Assembly (NCBI GenBank): GCA_026415325.1 | Contig: JAOAHH010000052.1 | Span: 2,886 to 66,885 of the forward strand | DNA from: Thermodesulfobacteriota bacterium | GTDB taxonomy: Bacteria; Desulfobacterota; WTBG01; CAIYCZ01; CAIRTM01 | Reading direction: 5' to 3' | Length of the DNA stretch: 64,000 bases | Part shown: piece after piece, positions 1-9,914 of the stretch | Numbering within the stretch: position 1 is the first letter of the stretch | How the letters are laid out: each line of letters opens with the position of its first letter | Program-made: the position numbers and the translations under genes | The notes under the pieces: model-generated | The model's database searches: none | What the model was told of the DNA's origin: nothing | What the model saw: the letters and a program-made list of their open reading frames with translations, nothing else

Positions 1-19
1 CGTACACTTCACAAATATT

Positions 20-1375
20 ATGAGACGGATTCTTATCATCGCAGCATCTGATTCTGGCGGCGGCGCTGGCATTCAGGCCGATATCAAAGCGGTAACACTT
101 TATGGTTGTCATGCAATGACCGCAATCACCGCACTGACGGTACAAAATACCATCGGTGTGGAGAACGTGTTACCGGTTGCGGCCTCGTTTGTCGAGGACC
201 AGATCCGCGCGGTGCTTTCGGATATCGGCGCCGATGCGGTCAAAACAGGCATGCTGCTCAATACCGGTATTATCAGGGCAGTTGTCCAGATGCTCACGCG
301 TTTTCCGGTGCCCCGGGTGATTGTCGATCCAGTTATGAAGGCAAAGTCAGGACATAGCCTGCTCGACCCGGCAGCGGTGCAGTGCTTAAAGCGGGAGCTC
401 TTCCCGTGTGCCTTTATGGTAACACCCAATCTTGACGAGGCCGCCGAGCTCTGCGGTTTTGCGGTAGATTCCGATGACGCACTTCGGGAGGCTGCCCGCA
501 TGATCCATGCTCTCGGACCGCGATATGTATTGCTGAAGGGCGGCCATCGCCGCGGCGATTGTTGCGATGTGCTGTATGACGGATCTGTGTTTACCGAATT
601 TGACGGCGAGCGTATCGACACAAAGAACACGCACGGAACCGGCTGCACCCTTGCATCGGCAATTGCAGCCGGACTTGCCCAGGGCATGGACCCTTGTACC
701 GCAGTTCGCAGGGCAAAAGAGTTCGTCACAACCGCAATTCGATGCGCAGCGTCACTCGGTGCGGGGCATGGACCAACCAATCCATTTGCGAATGTTCAGC
801 GCGATGCCCAGATTATGGCCTGTGTTCGTGAGCTTGAGGCAGCGTATGCACAGCTCGAGCAGGCGCGCATCGGCACACTCATTCCCGAGGTGCAATCGAA
901 TTTTGGGTATGCGCTTGCCGGCGCGCAAACGCCCGATGATGTCGTCGCATTTCCGGGCCGTATTGTTCGGTTGCGTGACACCATCGCGCGCGTTGCAGCG
1001 CCTGAACCCGGCGCATCACGCCATATTGCAAAGGTCATTTTAACCGCCCATGCCGCAGACCCGTCGATCCGTTCGGCAATGAACATTGCCTTTTCCGATG
1101 CTCTCCTCAGAAGGTGCAGAGACCGGGGGCTGCGCATTGCAGAATTCAGCCGTACAGATGAGCCATCCGACGTGCAGCATATCGAGGGTTCAACGCTTGA
1201 ATGGGGCACACGGCAGGCGATTGATGCGTTCGGAGGCGTGCCTGATATCATAGCTGATCGCGGCGGGATGGGTAAAGAGCCGATGATACGCGTCCTCGGC
1301 ACCGATCCCAACGATGTCGCACGGAAGGTGATTAGGATACACGAACGGCAGCACAGGGCACAAGACAGGTGCTGA
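20..1375 (+). CDS. thiD: ThiD hydroxymethylpyrimidine/phosphomethylpyrimidine kinase fused to a C-terminal ThiN-type thiamine-phosphate synthase domain (ThiDN)
   Basis: N-terminal 270 aa match the ribokinase-fold ThiD pattern (GGGAGIQADIKA, DPVM, GTGCTLASAIAA). The C-terminal ~170 aa resemble the ThiN domain. ATG at 20 verified in sequence. Confidence 0.85.
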   Translation: MRRILIIAASDSGGGAGIQADIKAVTLYGCHAMTAITALTVQNTIGVENVLPVAASFVEDQIRAVLSDIGADAVKTGMLLNTGIIRAVVQMLTRFPVPRVIVDPVMKAKSGHSLLDPAAVQCLKRELFPCAFMVTPNLDEAAELCGFAVDSDDALREAARMIHALGPRYVLLKGGHRRGDCCDVLYDGSVFTEFDGERIDTKNTHGTGCTLASAIAAGLAQGMDPCTAVRRAKEFVTTAIRCAASLGAGHGPTNPFANVQRDAQIMACVRELEAAYAQLEQARIGTLIPEVQSNFGYALAGAQTPDDVVAFPGRIVRLRDTIARVAAPEPGASRHIAKVILTAHAADPSIRSAMNIAFSDALLRRCRDRGLRIAEFSRTDEPSDVQHIEGSTLEWGTRQAIDAFGGVPDIIADRGGMGKEPMIRVLGTDPNDVARKVIRIHERQHRAQDRC

Positions 1376-1426
1376 TGGCACGGTTTTGCTCAGCACGCAG
1401 ACCTCTACAGATGGAGAATTTTTAGT

Positions 1427-2710
1427 ATGCAGCACATTGAACAGGCGCGGCAATCGATCATTACGCCGGCGATGCGCGAGGTGGCCCGCACCGAAGGCGT
1501 TGATGAGCATTTTATATGTAGGGAGCTGGCGGCCGGACGCATCATTATTCCGCGCAACAGGCGACGGACCGGATGCAGGGCGGTCGGCATTGGGAATGGG
1601 CTTGCGACCAAAATCAACGCCAACATCGGCACCTCCAAAGATTGCGCCAGCCTTGACGAAGAGCTCCAAAAACTCGACGTTGCGGTGGGAGCAGGCGCGG
1701 ATACGATTATGGATTTGAGCACCGGCGGCGATCTTGACGGAATTCGCAAGGAAATCCTGCGGCGCTGCCCGGTACCGCTCGGAACCGTGCCGATCTATCA
1801 GGCGGCAATTGAAACGGTACGGTCAGGCAAGCAGCTCGTCGACATGGACGCAGAGGATTTGTTTCGGGTGATTCAGCGCCATGCCGAGGACGGCGTTGAT
1901 TTTATCACGGTCCACTGCGGATTAACTCGGCATGCTGTCGAACTGGTGCGACAGCAGGGGCGGCTTATGGATGTCGTGAGCCGCGGCGGGTCGTTTACCG
2001 TGGCGTGGATGCTCCATAACCAGAAGGAGAATCCCCTGTATGAGCACTACGACAGGTTGCTTGATATTGCCGCGGCATACGACATGACACTCAGCCTCGG
2101 CGACGGACTTCGACCTGGCTGTATTGCCGATGCAACAGACCGAGGACAAATCCAGGAACTCATCACGCTTGGTGAATTGGCACGACGAGCGCTTGAGCGC
2201 GGTGTGCAGGTTATGATCGAGGGACCGGGTCATGTGCCGATCCATCAGATTCAGACCAACATCCAGCTCCAAAAAAGCCTGTGCAGCGGCGCGCCGTTTT
2301 ACGTGCTCGGGCCGCTGGTGACTGATGCAGCGCCGGGATATGACCATATAACCTCGGCAATCGGCGGTGCGATCGCGGCGGCAGCAGGCGCTGATTTTCT
2401 CTGTTATGTAACGCCGTCAGAACATCTGCGGCTCCCGACGGTCGAGGATGTTCGGGAAGGGGTAATCGCTGCAAAAATCGCTGCCCATGCCGCAGATATT
2501 GCCAAAGGACGACCGCAGGCACTTGAACGTGACCGCAGGATGGCACAGTGCCGGAAAAAGATGGACTGGGAGGGCCAGATCCAAACGGCACTCGATCCCA
2601 ACCGTGCACGGCAGCTTCGGGAAAGCCGCATCCCTGCTGACCGTGATGTGTGCACGATGTGCGGCGAGTTTTGCGCGATAAAAGTGCTGAGCGCTGAGAA
2701 GAAGTGCTGA
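1427..2710 (+). CDS. thiC: phosphomethylpyrimidine synthase ThiC (radical SAM)
   Basis: Strong ThiC-like sequence over the full 427 aa. C-terminal CxxCxxxxC motif (CTMCGEFC) present. ATG at 1427 verified. Confidence 0.95.
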   Translation: MQHIEQARQSIITPAMREVARTEGVDEHFICRELAAGRIIIPRNRRRTGCRAVGIGNGLATKINANIGTSKDCASLDEELQKLDVAVGAGADTIMDLSTGGDLDGIRKEILRRCPVPLGTVPIYQAAIETVRSGKQLVDMDAEDLFRVIQRHAEDGVDFITVHCGLTRHAVELVRQQGRLMDVVSRGGSFTVAWMLHNQKENPLYEHYDRLLDIAAAYDMTLSLGDGLRPGCIADATDRGQIQELITLGELARRALERGVQVMIEGPGHVPIHQIQTNIQLQKSLCSGAPFYVLGPLVTDAAPGYDHITSAIGGAIAAAAGADFLCYVTPSEHLRLPTVEDVREGVIAAKIAAHAADIAKGRPQALERDRRMAQCRKKMDWEGQIQTALDPNRARQLRESRIPADRDVCTMCGEFCAIKVLSAEKKC

Positions 2711-2906
2711 GTAGGCACTGCTCAACACCGATATTCGTGAAGCATAAGGCGTGAACGATAAAGCGTAAAACGGAGTTTGGGATGCGTGGTTTGTAAAGCG
2801 AATATCTCCTGACGAGTTCCTCCTCACGCCGTACCCCTCACGTTTTGTGCTCACTGTGGTATGCCTCACGCGCTTTAGGGAAACCTTGCAGTGATGTGGA
2901 TGACAC

Positions 2907-3461
2907 ATGGTTATAACCGTCCCCAATATTCTGTCGATTTTGAGAATCCTGTCGATTCCCGTATTTATCATTGTAATGAGTTACGGGATGATTCCTTTTG
3001 CCCTTGCAATATTCGTGTTTGCCGGCATTACGGATGCCCTTGACGGATTCATTGCGCGATGGTTTCATCAGAAAACCGCGTTCGGCGCCTACCTTGATCC
3101 GATTGCAGACAAGCTGTTGCTGGCAAGTTCTTTCGTGTGCTGCGCAGTGCTGCAACTCATTCCGAAATGGCTCAGCGTCCTTGTTGTCAGCAGGGATGTG
3201 ATCATCTCGACCGGTATCCTTTTGCTCTGGGTAAACGGATACCGCATTGAAATCAAACCAAGCGCAATCAGTAAATGCACGACATTTTTGCAACTATTGA
3301 GTATCAGTATGCGACTGCTCCTTGAAACAGTGGGGACCCAGCGTCCCGAGATCGTGGCTGTCTATTGGGTGACGGGACTGCTTACCGTGGTATCAGGCAT
3401 CCACTATATTACGGTTGGCTTGCGGGTGGTTAACGCGCGAGAGCCTATATCGGGGAGGTAG
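2907..3461 (+). CDS. pgsA: CDP-alcohol phosphatidyltransferase (CDP-diacylglycerol--glycerol-3-phosphate 3-phosphatidyltransferase-like)
   Basis: Polytopic membrane protein with the D-G-x2-A-R-x8-G-x3-D-x3-D motif (DALDGFIARW...GAYLDPIADK). Confidence 0.85.
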   Translation: MVITVPNILSILRILSIPVFIIVMSYGMIPFALAIFVFAGITDALDGFIARWFHQKTAFGAYLDPIADKLLLASSFVCCAVLQLIPKWLSVLVVSRDVIISTGILLLWVNGYRIEIKPSAISKCTTFLQLLSISMRLLLETVGTQRPEIVAVYWVTGLLTVVSGIHYITVGLRVVNAREPISGR

Positions 3462-3465
3462 GGGT

Positions 3466-4692
3466 ATGGCACAGCTTCGCGACAAACATATCGTGCTCGG
3501 GGTTACCGGTTGCATTGCCGCGTACAAAGCGGCTGAACTTGTCCGTCAGATCGTCAAAGAAGGCGGCAGAGTATATCCGATCATGACTGCGGCTGCACAG
3601 CAGTTCATTACGCCACTGACCCTTCAGACCCTGAGCGGTAATCCTGTGGCAACCGATTTATTTGTGTTGCAGCAAGAATCACGGATCGGCCACATATCGC
3701 TTGCCCAGCGTGCTGATCTGCTGGTAGTTGCGCCGGCAACGGCAAACTGCATCGGCAAGGTCGCTGCAGGCATTGCCGACGATCTGCTGACAACAGTGGT
3801 GCTTGCCACCCGTTCACCGGTGCTGTTTGCGCCTGCCATGAATCAGGGGATGTGGGAGAATCCGGTGCTGCAGCGTAATCTCGCGACGCTTCGGGAACTC
3901 GGGTACCATATTATCGAGCCGGGCTGGGGAGACCTTGCCTGCGGCGAGCAGGGTAAAGGGCGGCTTGCGGATATCGAGGATATTATGGATACGATCATCA
4001 CCCTCCTCTCGCCGCATGATTTTGAAGGGGTTTCGGCACTGGTGACCGCAGGTCCCACGCGCGAGCACATGGATCCGGTCCGCTTTATTTCCAATCCCTC
4101 AACCGGCAAGATGGGGTTTGCTATTGCCCGATGCCTAAAACGGCGCGGTGCACGGGTGACGCTGGTAAGCGGCCCTTCTGACCTCAGACCGCCTGCGGGT
4201 GTGACGGTGATACCAGTGCGCACGGCACAGGAAATGGCTGCTGCGGTCGAGCGGCACTTTGAAACAGCACATCTCATTATCAAATCGGCGGCGGTATCGG
4301 ATTACCGGCCAAAGGTCGTTGCAACCGATAAGATGAAAAAAAAGAACGGCCTCAAGGTCGTTGAGTTTGAGACAACAACCGATATCCTCGCAGGACTCGG
4401 AGCCCGCAAAGGCAACAGAATTCTTGTGGGGTTTGCCGCCGAGACTGCAGATCTCCTTGAGAATGCCCGCGAAAAACTGCGCAGCAAAAACCTCGATATG
4501 ATCGTTGTAAACGATGTGGGCAGACGTGATATCGGATTTGGATCCGACATCAACAAGGTAACCATTATCATGGCCGACGGCACCTGTATCGATGTCCCGG
4601 CACTGCCCAAAGACGAGGTGGCAGGGGTGATCCTTGACCATGTCGCATACATAATGCACAAACGCACCGCTATTCCCGATGAACCGGCCTGA
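3466..4692 (+). CDS. coaBC: bifunctional phosphopantothenoylcysteine decarboxylase / phosphopantothenate-cysteine ligase CoaBC
   Basis: N-terminal flavoprotein domain (HIVLGVTGCIAAYKA) and C-terminal CoaB domain. Start moved from ORF-track 3415 to the in-frame ATG at 3466, which is preceded by a GGGAGG Shine-Dalgarno. Overlaps the pgsA stop. Confidence 0.9.
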   Translation: MAQLRDKHIVLGVTGCIAAYKAAELVRQIVKEGGRVYPIMTAAAQQFITPLTLQTLSGNPVATDLFVLQQESRIGHISLAQRADLLVVAPATANCIGKVAAGIADDLLTTVVLATRSPVLFAPAMNQGMWENPVLQRNLATLRELGYHIIEPGWGDLACGEQGKGRLADIEDIMDTIITLLSPHDFEGVSALVTAGPTREHMDPVRFISNPSTGKMGFAIARCLKRRGARVTLVSGPSDLRPPAGVTVIPVRTAQEMAAAVERHFETAHLIIKSAAVSDYRPKVVATDKMKKKNGLKVVEFETTTDILAGLGARKGNRILVGFAAETADLLENAREKLRSKNLDMIVVNDVGRRDIGFGSDINKVTIIMADGTCIDVPALPKDEVAGVILDHVAYIMHKRTAIPDEPA

Positions 4693-5365
4693 TATCATTG
4701 CAGAACTCTCACGCGCCCTGATACACCTTGCTGCCTATCTCAAACTGGTGCGGCGTGCTGCATGGGGTTTGCCGCGGCGGCAGCGGCCTTCAAGCGAGGC
4801 GATGCTGGCGCAGATCCGCGAGGATCTTGGAGAATGCACGCGGTGCAAGTTGCACCGCACGCGCTCGACCATTGTGTTCGGGGAGGGCAACCCTGAGGCA
4901 CAGCTCATGTTTATCGGTGAAGGGCCTGGTGCAGATGAAGACGCGCAGGGTCGTCCGTTTGTCGGTGAAGCTGGCGGTCTGCTCACCCGGATGATCCAGG
5001 CAATCGGGCTTGAGCGACATCAGGTCTATATTGCAAACATCGTCAAATGCCGCCCTCCGGGCAACCGCGATCCGGAAGGCGATGAAATTGCCGCATGCCT
5101 TCCCTTTCTGCATCGGCAGATTGCCGCGATCCGTCCTCGCGTTATCTGTGCACTCGGCAGAGTGGCTGCCCAGGCACTTCTGGGCACCGATCGGGGCATT
5201 GCACAACTTCGTGGTTCTTTTTACTCCTTCGGCGATATCCTGGTGATGCCCACCTATCATCCTGCATATCTCCTGAGAACGCCGAGCAAAAAACGGGACG
5301 CGTGGATCGATCTCCAGATGGTGCAGCGGGAACTACAGGCAAGGGGTGCAAAGTTTAAATCGTGA
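4679..5365 (+). CDS. uracil-DNA glycosylase, family 4 (4Fe-4S type)
   Basis: CxxC...GEGPG...HPAYLLR motifs typical of family-4 UDG. Start overlaps the coaBC stop by 14 nt. Confidence 0.85.
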   Translation: MNRPDIIAELSRALIHLAAYLKLVRRAAWGLPRRQRPSSEAMLAQIREDLGECTRCKLHRTRSTIVFGEGNPEAQLMFIGEGPGADEDAQGRPFVGEAGGLLTRMIQAIGLERHQVYIANIVKCRPPGNRDPEGDEIAACLPFLHRQIAAIRPRVICALGRVAAQALLGTDRGIAQLRGSFYSFGDILVMPTYHPAYLLRTPSKKRDAWIDLQMVQRELQARGAKFKS

Positions 5366-5409
5366 GGAAATCAGCGCTGAATGCCAAGCGCCCAGTTTTT
5401 TCTCAGCAC

Positions 5410-5766
5410 TCACGCCTTTTTCCGGGTAGCGAGTTCCCGGTCGATTTTGTCTGCGTTTGGGGCGTTTAGTTGTACGATTCGTTTGAGGTGATAAAAAGCA
5501 TCTTCATCCATGGCGGTAAAATGAAGGGCCGCTTCGGTGGCAGAGGCGCGCACAATCGTTGCCGAAACATGGAAGCGAATACCGGCAGCAAGCACAAACT
5601 CGACGGTGCATACAGAATCCGCGGCAAACAGCGCATGCCCGGAACAGCGCATGCCTCGCATGCTAACATTATGTGTGGTAACCGGGATTTTTTTCCGTTT
5701 TATGCGTATCCACACATCAAATGTAACCGGAACCCGAGTGTGGCGTCTCCGTTCGCGTGCCATCAT
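5410..5766 (-). CDS. stand-alone PilZ-domain protein (putative c-di-GMP receptor), 119 aa
   Basis: RRRHTR ... NVSMRGMR matches the PilZ RxxxR / (D/N)xSxxG signature. Start set to the internal ATG at 5766 with a GGGAGG Shine-Dalgarno 5 nt upstream. Upstream part of the ORF-track call is T-rich non-coding sequence. Confidence 0.7.
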   Translation of the reverse strand: MMARERRRHTRVPVTFDVWIRIKRKKIPVTTHNVSMRGMRCSGHALFAADSVCTVEFVLAAGIRFHVSATIVRASATEAALHFTAMDEDAFYHLKRIVQLNAPNADKIDRELATRKKA

Positions 5767-5963
5767 GGCCTCCCGTATGCACTGATATACGCTCTGCAAG
5801 GTGATATTTTCGGTTTGATGTTCTCCGAACAGTAAACAAAGTAGCTCTGTTGTTTTTTTCGTTCGCTGCTCACGGTTTATTTTTTTATCCCTTATGCTTC
5901 GCGAGACATGCTTCCCATCGGCTTTTGGACAACCTGAAACGGTTTTTTTCAAACAATAGCCAA

Positions 5964-8288
5964 ATGATCATGGTGAATCAAGAAAAAAAGCGGATGGGTC
6001 CCGGCACGCAACGGTTTGTGCTCAGCGCGCTCTATTTCTGTGCGGGTGCAGGAGCGCTCATCACGCAGATTTATTGTTTTAGAGAGCTCCTCGTCGTCTT
6101 TTTCGGCAATGAATTGTTTCTCGGGCTTTTGTTTGGTTGCTGGTTTGCCGGCATCTGCACCGGATCGTGGTGCGTCCTGCGCTGGATGAAAGACAGGAAA
6201 ACCGCAGTGATGGTTTTTATCATCGGGATACTGCTGCTCGGCACTCTGCCGTTTGTGGCACTGGTGGCAGCACGGCTTTTGCGGTATGTCGTCAGTCTCC
6301 CGCTCGGCGGCAGCGCCTCGGTTATCCACATGCTCTGGGGGACCCTTCTGACCGTATTCCCGCCGGCATGTGTTATCGGATGTGTCTTTCCTGCAGCATG
6401 CCGCATGCTGCAGGAAACTGATACCTTGACGGGCAGGGCAATCGGATGGGTCTATTTTGGAGAATCATGCGGCAGTCTTGTTGCAGGGGTTGCCGTTTCT
6501 TTTTGGGTGTTGCCTGCATCCGTACCGACAACGGTAGTGCTCGGCTGGTGCGTCATGCCGTTGTTTGCCGGTGCTGCATGCATCGCGTTTTTTTCCTCAT
6601 TCCGCCTCTTTGGACTCTGTGCAATTCTGCTTGTGGTGGGAGATGCGGCTGCGATCGGCACTGGTTTTTGGCAGTGGGGCGACACAGTGCTCCGGGATAT
6701 GCAATGGCAGACGCTCGGCAACGGATTGCGGAAGGTGGCAGAAATCGATTCGCGGTATCAGCGGATTACGCTTGCGGAAGCCGACGGGCAGTACAGTTTG
6801 TTTTTGAACGGTACGCTGTGGTGTACGTATCCGGATCCTTCGCATGAGGCGGTCAGGGCGCATGTGCTGCTCACCCAACACCCAACGCCACGACAGGTGT
6901 TGATCCTCGGTAGTCCGGCGACCGGTATGCTTGCCGAAGTGCTTCACCATCCGGTTGCATCTGTTGATTGCGTAAGCCTTGATCCTGCCATCGACCACAT
7001 TCTTGCTCCGATCCTCCGCCGTGAAGACCGCACCGCATTGGATGATCCACGGGTTGTCGTTCATTATCAGGATGGCCGTCTGTTTGTCAAAACCACCCCG
7101 AAGCGTTATGATCTTGTTGTGGTCGATGTGCCGGATCCGGCAACGGCGTTTCTTAATCGGCTGTACACGGTCGATTTTTTTTCAGAAGTGCGCCGCATTC
7201 TGACCCCGCACGGAGTTGCGGCCATCGGGATGTCATCGGAGCAGCGGTATTTCAGCGCGGTGTCTGCATGGTATAACGGTTCGCTGTACCACAGCCTGCG
7301 CCATGTGTTCCCTGTGGTGCTTGTGGTGCCGGGCGAGCGCAATTATTTTTTTGGGGCGTTGCAGCCGGGGCTTGTGACCGAAGATGCTGACATCCTTGCC
7401 CGGCGCTATCAAGAGCGGAATATTGCGAGTGCCTATTTTTCAAAGGCACTGTTCCCGTTTCTGGTGCAGCGCGAAGCCATTGCCTTTATAACGAATGAAC
7501 TGGAAGCACGCGGCTACGGAGGGCGACACAACACCGATTTGTATCCAATAAGCTATTTTTACAACCTCGCGCTCTGGGATGCTGTTGCCGGAGGATCGGG
7601 GCTCCCGCAAGCACTGCTCCGCATGCGGGAATATTCTGTGCAAAACCGGTGGGTTGGTGCAGCGGTTGCACTGCTCGGTGTTGCAACAGCAATGCTCTGG
7701 ACAAAAAAGAGGCGGCAGGTGCGCCGGGCGGTGTTGTTTTTGATTGCCGTCACCGGTGGTTCGGTCATGGCGCTTGAAATCGTACTCCTGTACCTTTTTC
7801 AAAATTTCTACGGATATATCTACGAAAAGATCGGCATGCTCGTCGCTTTTTGTATGGTGGGGCTTGCATGTGGTGCAGGCGGTGCGCGAAGGCTTTTGGC
7901 AGGACGGGTACGTACCGAACCGTGGCTCTCTTACACGATAATCCTCATGACCGCGCTCCTTGGAGGTGGAGCCGGATGTGTTTTGTTGACCGGGGCACTG
8001 GCGGCGTCACCGGCCTTTTTCTTTTGCGGGCTGCTGTTTGTCCTCGGTCTGCTCGGCGGCGCCCTGTTTCTCTTGGGGTGCCACATGCTTGCACACCGGG
8101 GCATGGCGGAATCGTCGATTGCGGGATGGGCAAATGCCGCTGATCATGCGGGTGCATGTTTCGGGGCGGTGTTGACCGGTACGGTCTTGATGCCGCTTTT
8201 TGGCATTGCAATAACCTGTGGCACGATCAGTATGGTCGTCGCTGCAGCAGGGGTGATGTTTTGGTGGGCGATACGAGATAGTGCGTAA
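5964..8288 (+). CDS. polytopic membrane protein with embedded spermidine-synthase-like (aminopropyltransferase/SAM-MTase fold) domain
   Basis: Multiple hydrophobic segments at both ends. Central region (VLILGSPATGMLAEV...LVVVDVPDP...LYTVDFF) resembles SpeE. Start set to ATG 5964 because 5850-5963 looks non-coding and overlaps the PilZ gene. Start uncertain by about 30 nt. Confidence 0.7.
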   Translation: MIMVNQEKKRMGPGTQRFVLSALYFCAGAGALITQIYCFRELLVVFFGNELFLGLLFGCWFAGICTGSWCVLRWMKDRKTAVMVFIIGILLLGTLPFVALVAARLLRYVVSLPLGGSASVIHMLWGTLLTVFPPACVIGCVFPAACRMLQETDTLTGRAIGWVYFGESCGSLVAGVAVSFWVLPASVPTTVVLGWCVMPLFAGAACIAFFSSFRLFGLCAILLVVGDAAAIGTGFWQWGDTVLRDMQWQTLGNGLRKVAEIDSRYQRITLAEADGQYSLFLNGTLWCTYPDPSHEAVRAHVLLTQHPTPRQVLILGSPATGMLAEVLHHPVASVDCVSLDPAIDHILAPILRREDRTALDDPRVVVHYQDGRLFVKTTPKRYDLVVVDVPDPATAFLNRLYTVDFFSEVRRILTPHGVAAIGMSSEQRYFSAVSAWYNGSLYHSLRHVFPVVLVVPGERNYFFGALQPGLVTEDADILARRYQERNIASAYFSKALFPFLVQREAIAFITNELEARGYGGRHNTDLYPISYFYNLALWDAVAGGSGLPQALLRMREYSVQNRWVGAAVALLGVATAMLWTKKRRQVRRAVLFLIAVTGGSVMALEIVLLYLFQNFYGYIYEKIGMLVAFCMVGLACGAGGARRLLAGRVRTEPWLSYTIILMTALLGGGAGCVLLTGALAASPAFFFCGLLFVLGLLGGALFLLGCHMLAHRGMAESSIAGWANAADHAGACFGAVLTGTVLMPLFGIAITCGTISMVVAAAGVMFWWAIRDSA

Positions 8289-8420
8289 GGCGCGGGGCAT
8301 GAAAAACAACACAAAAAGAGATGGTGCAGGCTGTGTCCAGAGCGTTGAGAAAAAACGGACACGTGGCATCAGGTACCGGTATGCGAGGGAGACACCGAGG
8401 AATGGATCTGATGGGAGGGG

Positions 8421-9071
8421 TCAGTGGATGAGCTTGCCGATGCGCTGCCAGCGGAAATTGTAGAACGGTCGCTCCCAAGACCAGTAGATCAAAAAGGCTT
8501 TTCCCTTAACCTTGTTGATGTTCACAAAGCCCCAAAACCTGCTATCATAGCTGTTGTCGCGGTTGTCGCCCATGACAAAGACGCAGCCCTGAGGCACGGT
8601 CACGGGACCGTAGTTATCGCGGTGCAATGCAGTTCCGGACTGGTGCAGAATCGTCGGGCTGGTGAAGTGACCGTGTTCGTCGGGAATGGGAGTGCCGTTA
8701 ATATAAATTTTTTTCTCTTTAATGAGAACCGTTTCGCCCTCGACAGCGATCACCCGTTTGATAAAATCCTTACTCGGATCAACCGGATACACAAAAACAA
8801 TGACATCGCCGCGCGCCGGTTTTTTGAACTGGAAAAACTTACGTTCGACAAACGGGAGATTGATGCCGTAGATAAATTTGCAAACCAGAATATGGTCACC
8901 GATGAGCAGCGTCGGTTCCATAGAGCCTGAGGGTATTTTGAATGCCTGAACAACAAATGCCCGAATGACCAGTGCAAGGACGATCGCGATCAGGATTGCT
9001 TCAATATTTTCGCGCGTTACAACCGAGGCAATAATGCCTCGTCGTATGGTTGCGTTCCGCTGCTGTTTCAT
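8421..9071 (-). CDS. lepB: signal peptidase I
   Basis: SGSMEPTL and ...RIGK motifs, single N-terminal TM. Start set to the internal ATG at 9071 (MKQQRN...), verified on the minus strand. Confidence 0.9.
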   Translation of the reverse strand: MKQQRNATIRRGIIASVVTRENIEAILIAIVLALVIRAFVVQAFKIPSGSMEPTLLIGDHILVCKFIYGINLPFVERKFFQFKKPARGDVIVFVYPVDPSKDFIKRVIAVEGETVLIKEKKIYINGTPIPDEHGHFTSPTILHQSGTALHRDNYGPVTVPQGCVFVMGDNRDNSYDSRFWGFVNINKVKGKAFLIYWSWERPFYNFRWQRIGKLIH

Positions 9072-9161
9072 GTCCGACCCGTGGCGTGCTGTCTGTCTGC
9101 ATCCGTTTGTTCGCATAAGGGTTGTTTTATATCATACTTTTTAACGATTGCAAAAAAAAGA

Positions 9162-9189
9162 TTGACAGGTATTAACAAGATAGTATAAT
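9162..9189 (+). promoter_or_regulatory. consensus sigma-70 promoter for tRNA-Gly (TTGACA-16 nt-TATAAT) with A/T-rich UP-like region upstream
   Basis: TTGACA at 9162-9167 and TATAAT at 9184-9189, read directly. The tRNA begins about 16 nt downstream. Confidence 0.6.
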
Positions 9190-9204
9190 CACGATACAAT
9201 AAAT

Positions 9205-9280
9205 GCGGGCATAGCTCAGGTGGTAGAGTACAAGCTTCCCAAGCTTGGTGTCGCGGGTTCGAATCCCGTTGCCCGCTCCA
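9205..9280 (+). tRNA. tRNA-Gly (anticodon CCC), CCA encoded
   Basis: 76-nt cloverleaf folded by hand: acceptor GCGGGCA/TGCCCGC, anticodon stem CAAGC/GCTTG, loop TTCCCAA, T-loop TTCGAAT. Confidence 0.93.
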
Positions 9281-9317
9281 CTGGATAGCGCTGAACATGT
9301 TTTGTTGACCGTCGAAG

Positions 9318-9340
9318 GTGGGCATAGCCCACTTTTTTAT
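9318..9340 (+). terminator. rho-independent terminator after tRNA-Gly (GTGGGC-ATA-GCCCAC + T6)
   Basis: Perfect 6-bp GC-rich stem followed by TTTTTTATTTT. Confidence 0.7.
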
Positions 9341-9372
9341 TTTCAAGCTCTTGTTAAGAGCAGGAACGGTGC

Positions 9373-9858
9373 ATGTCCGGCATTGAGCAAAACATCATTG
9401 CGCGTGTTGAGCCGCTTGTCCGTGAAGTGGTTGAGCATGAAGGGCTGGAGCTTGTGGCAGTGACCTACCAACGTGAGCCACACGGATGGGTGTTGCGCGT
9501 CTTTATCGACCGGCAGGGCGGCGTGACCGTTGATGATTGCAGTGAGGTGAGCAGCCAGCTCGGTGACCTCCTGGATGTGCAAGACATCATACCCCATCGG
9601 TATCATTTGGAGGTATCATCGCCCGGCGTGAACCGGCCACTGAAAAACGAGCGCGACTTTCAGCGCTTTATCGGTGCAACGGTTCGCGTGACAACGCATG
9701 CCCCTCTTGACGGCAGACGCCGTTTTAAGGGGGTGGTGCGGTCCTGCGATCATGGTGCCATTACCCTCGAAGGCGAAGGACGGTTGTGGCGGATTCCGCT
9801 GCAGGCAATCCGCAAGGCACATCTTGAGCAAGAAGAAACCGGTGAGCATGCATCATAA
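9373..9858 (+). CDS. rimP: ribosome maturation factor RimP
   Basis: RimP-like sequence. Conserved position immediately upstream of nusA. Confidence 0.9.
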   Translation: MSGIEQNIIARVEPLVREVVEHEGLELVAVTYQREPHGWVLRVFIDRQGGVTVDDCSEVSSQLGDLLDVQDIIPHRYHLEVSSPGVNRPLKNERDFQRFIGATVRVTTHAPLDGRRRFKGVVRSCDHGAITLEGEGRLWRIPLQAIRKAHLEQEETGEHAS

Positions 9859-9914
9859 ACGCGGAGCGCTGGGCAATGTCGTTGCGCAGCGCCAAAGAGG
9901 AGAAGGGATGACAC

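Noticed and set aside
1376-1426. TPP riboswitch between thiDN and thiC
   Set aside because: Only 51 nt is available, and no thi-box (CUGAGA ... ACCUGAUCUGGAUAAUGCCAGCG) is present.
9068-9346. 92-aa minus-strand ORF
   Set aside because: Antisense to tRNA-Gly and its promoter. Spurious.
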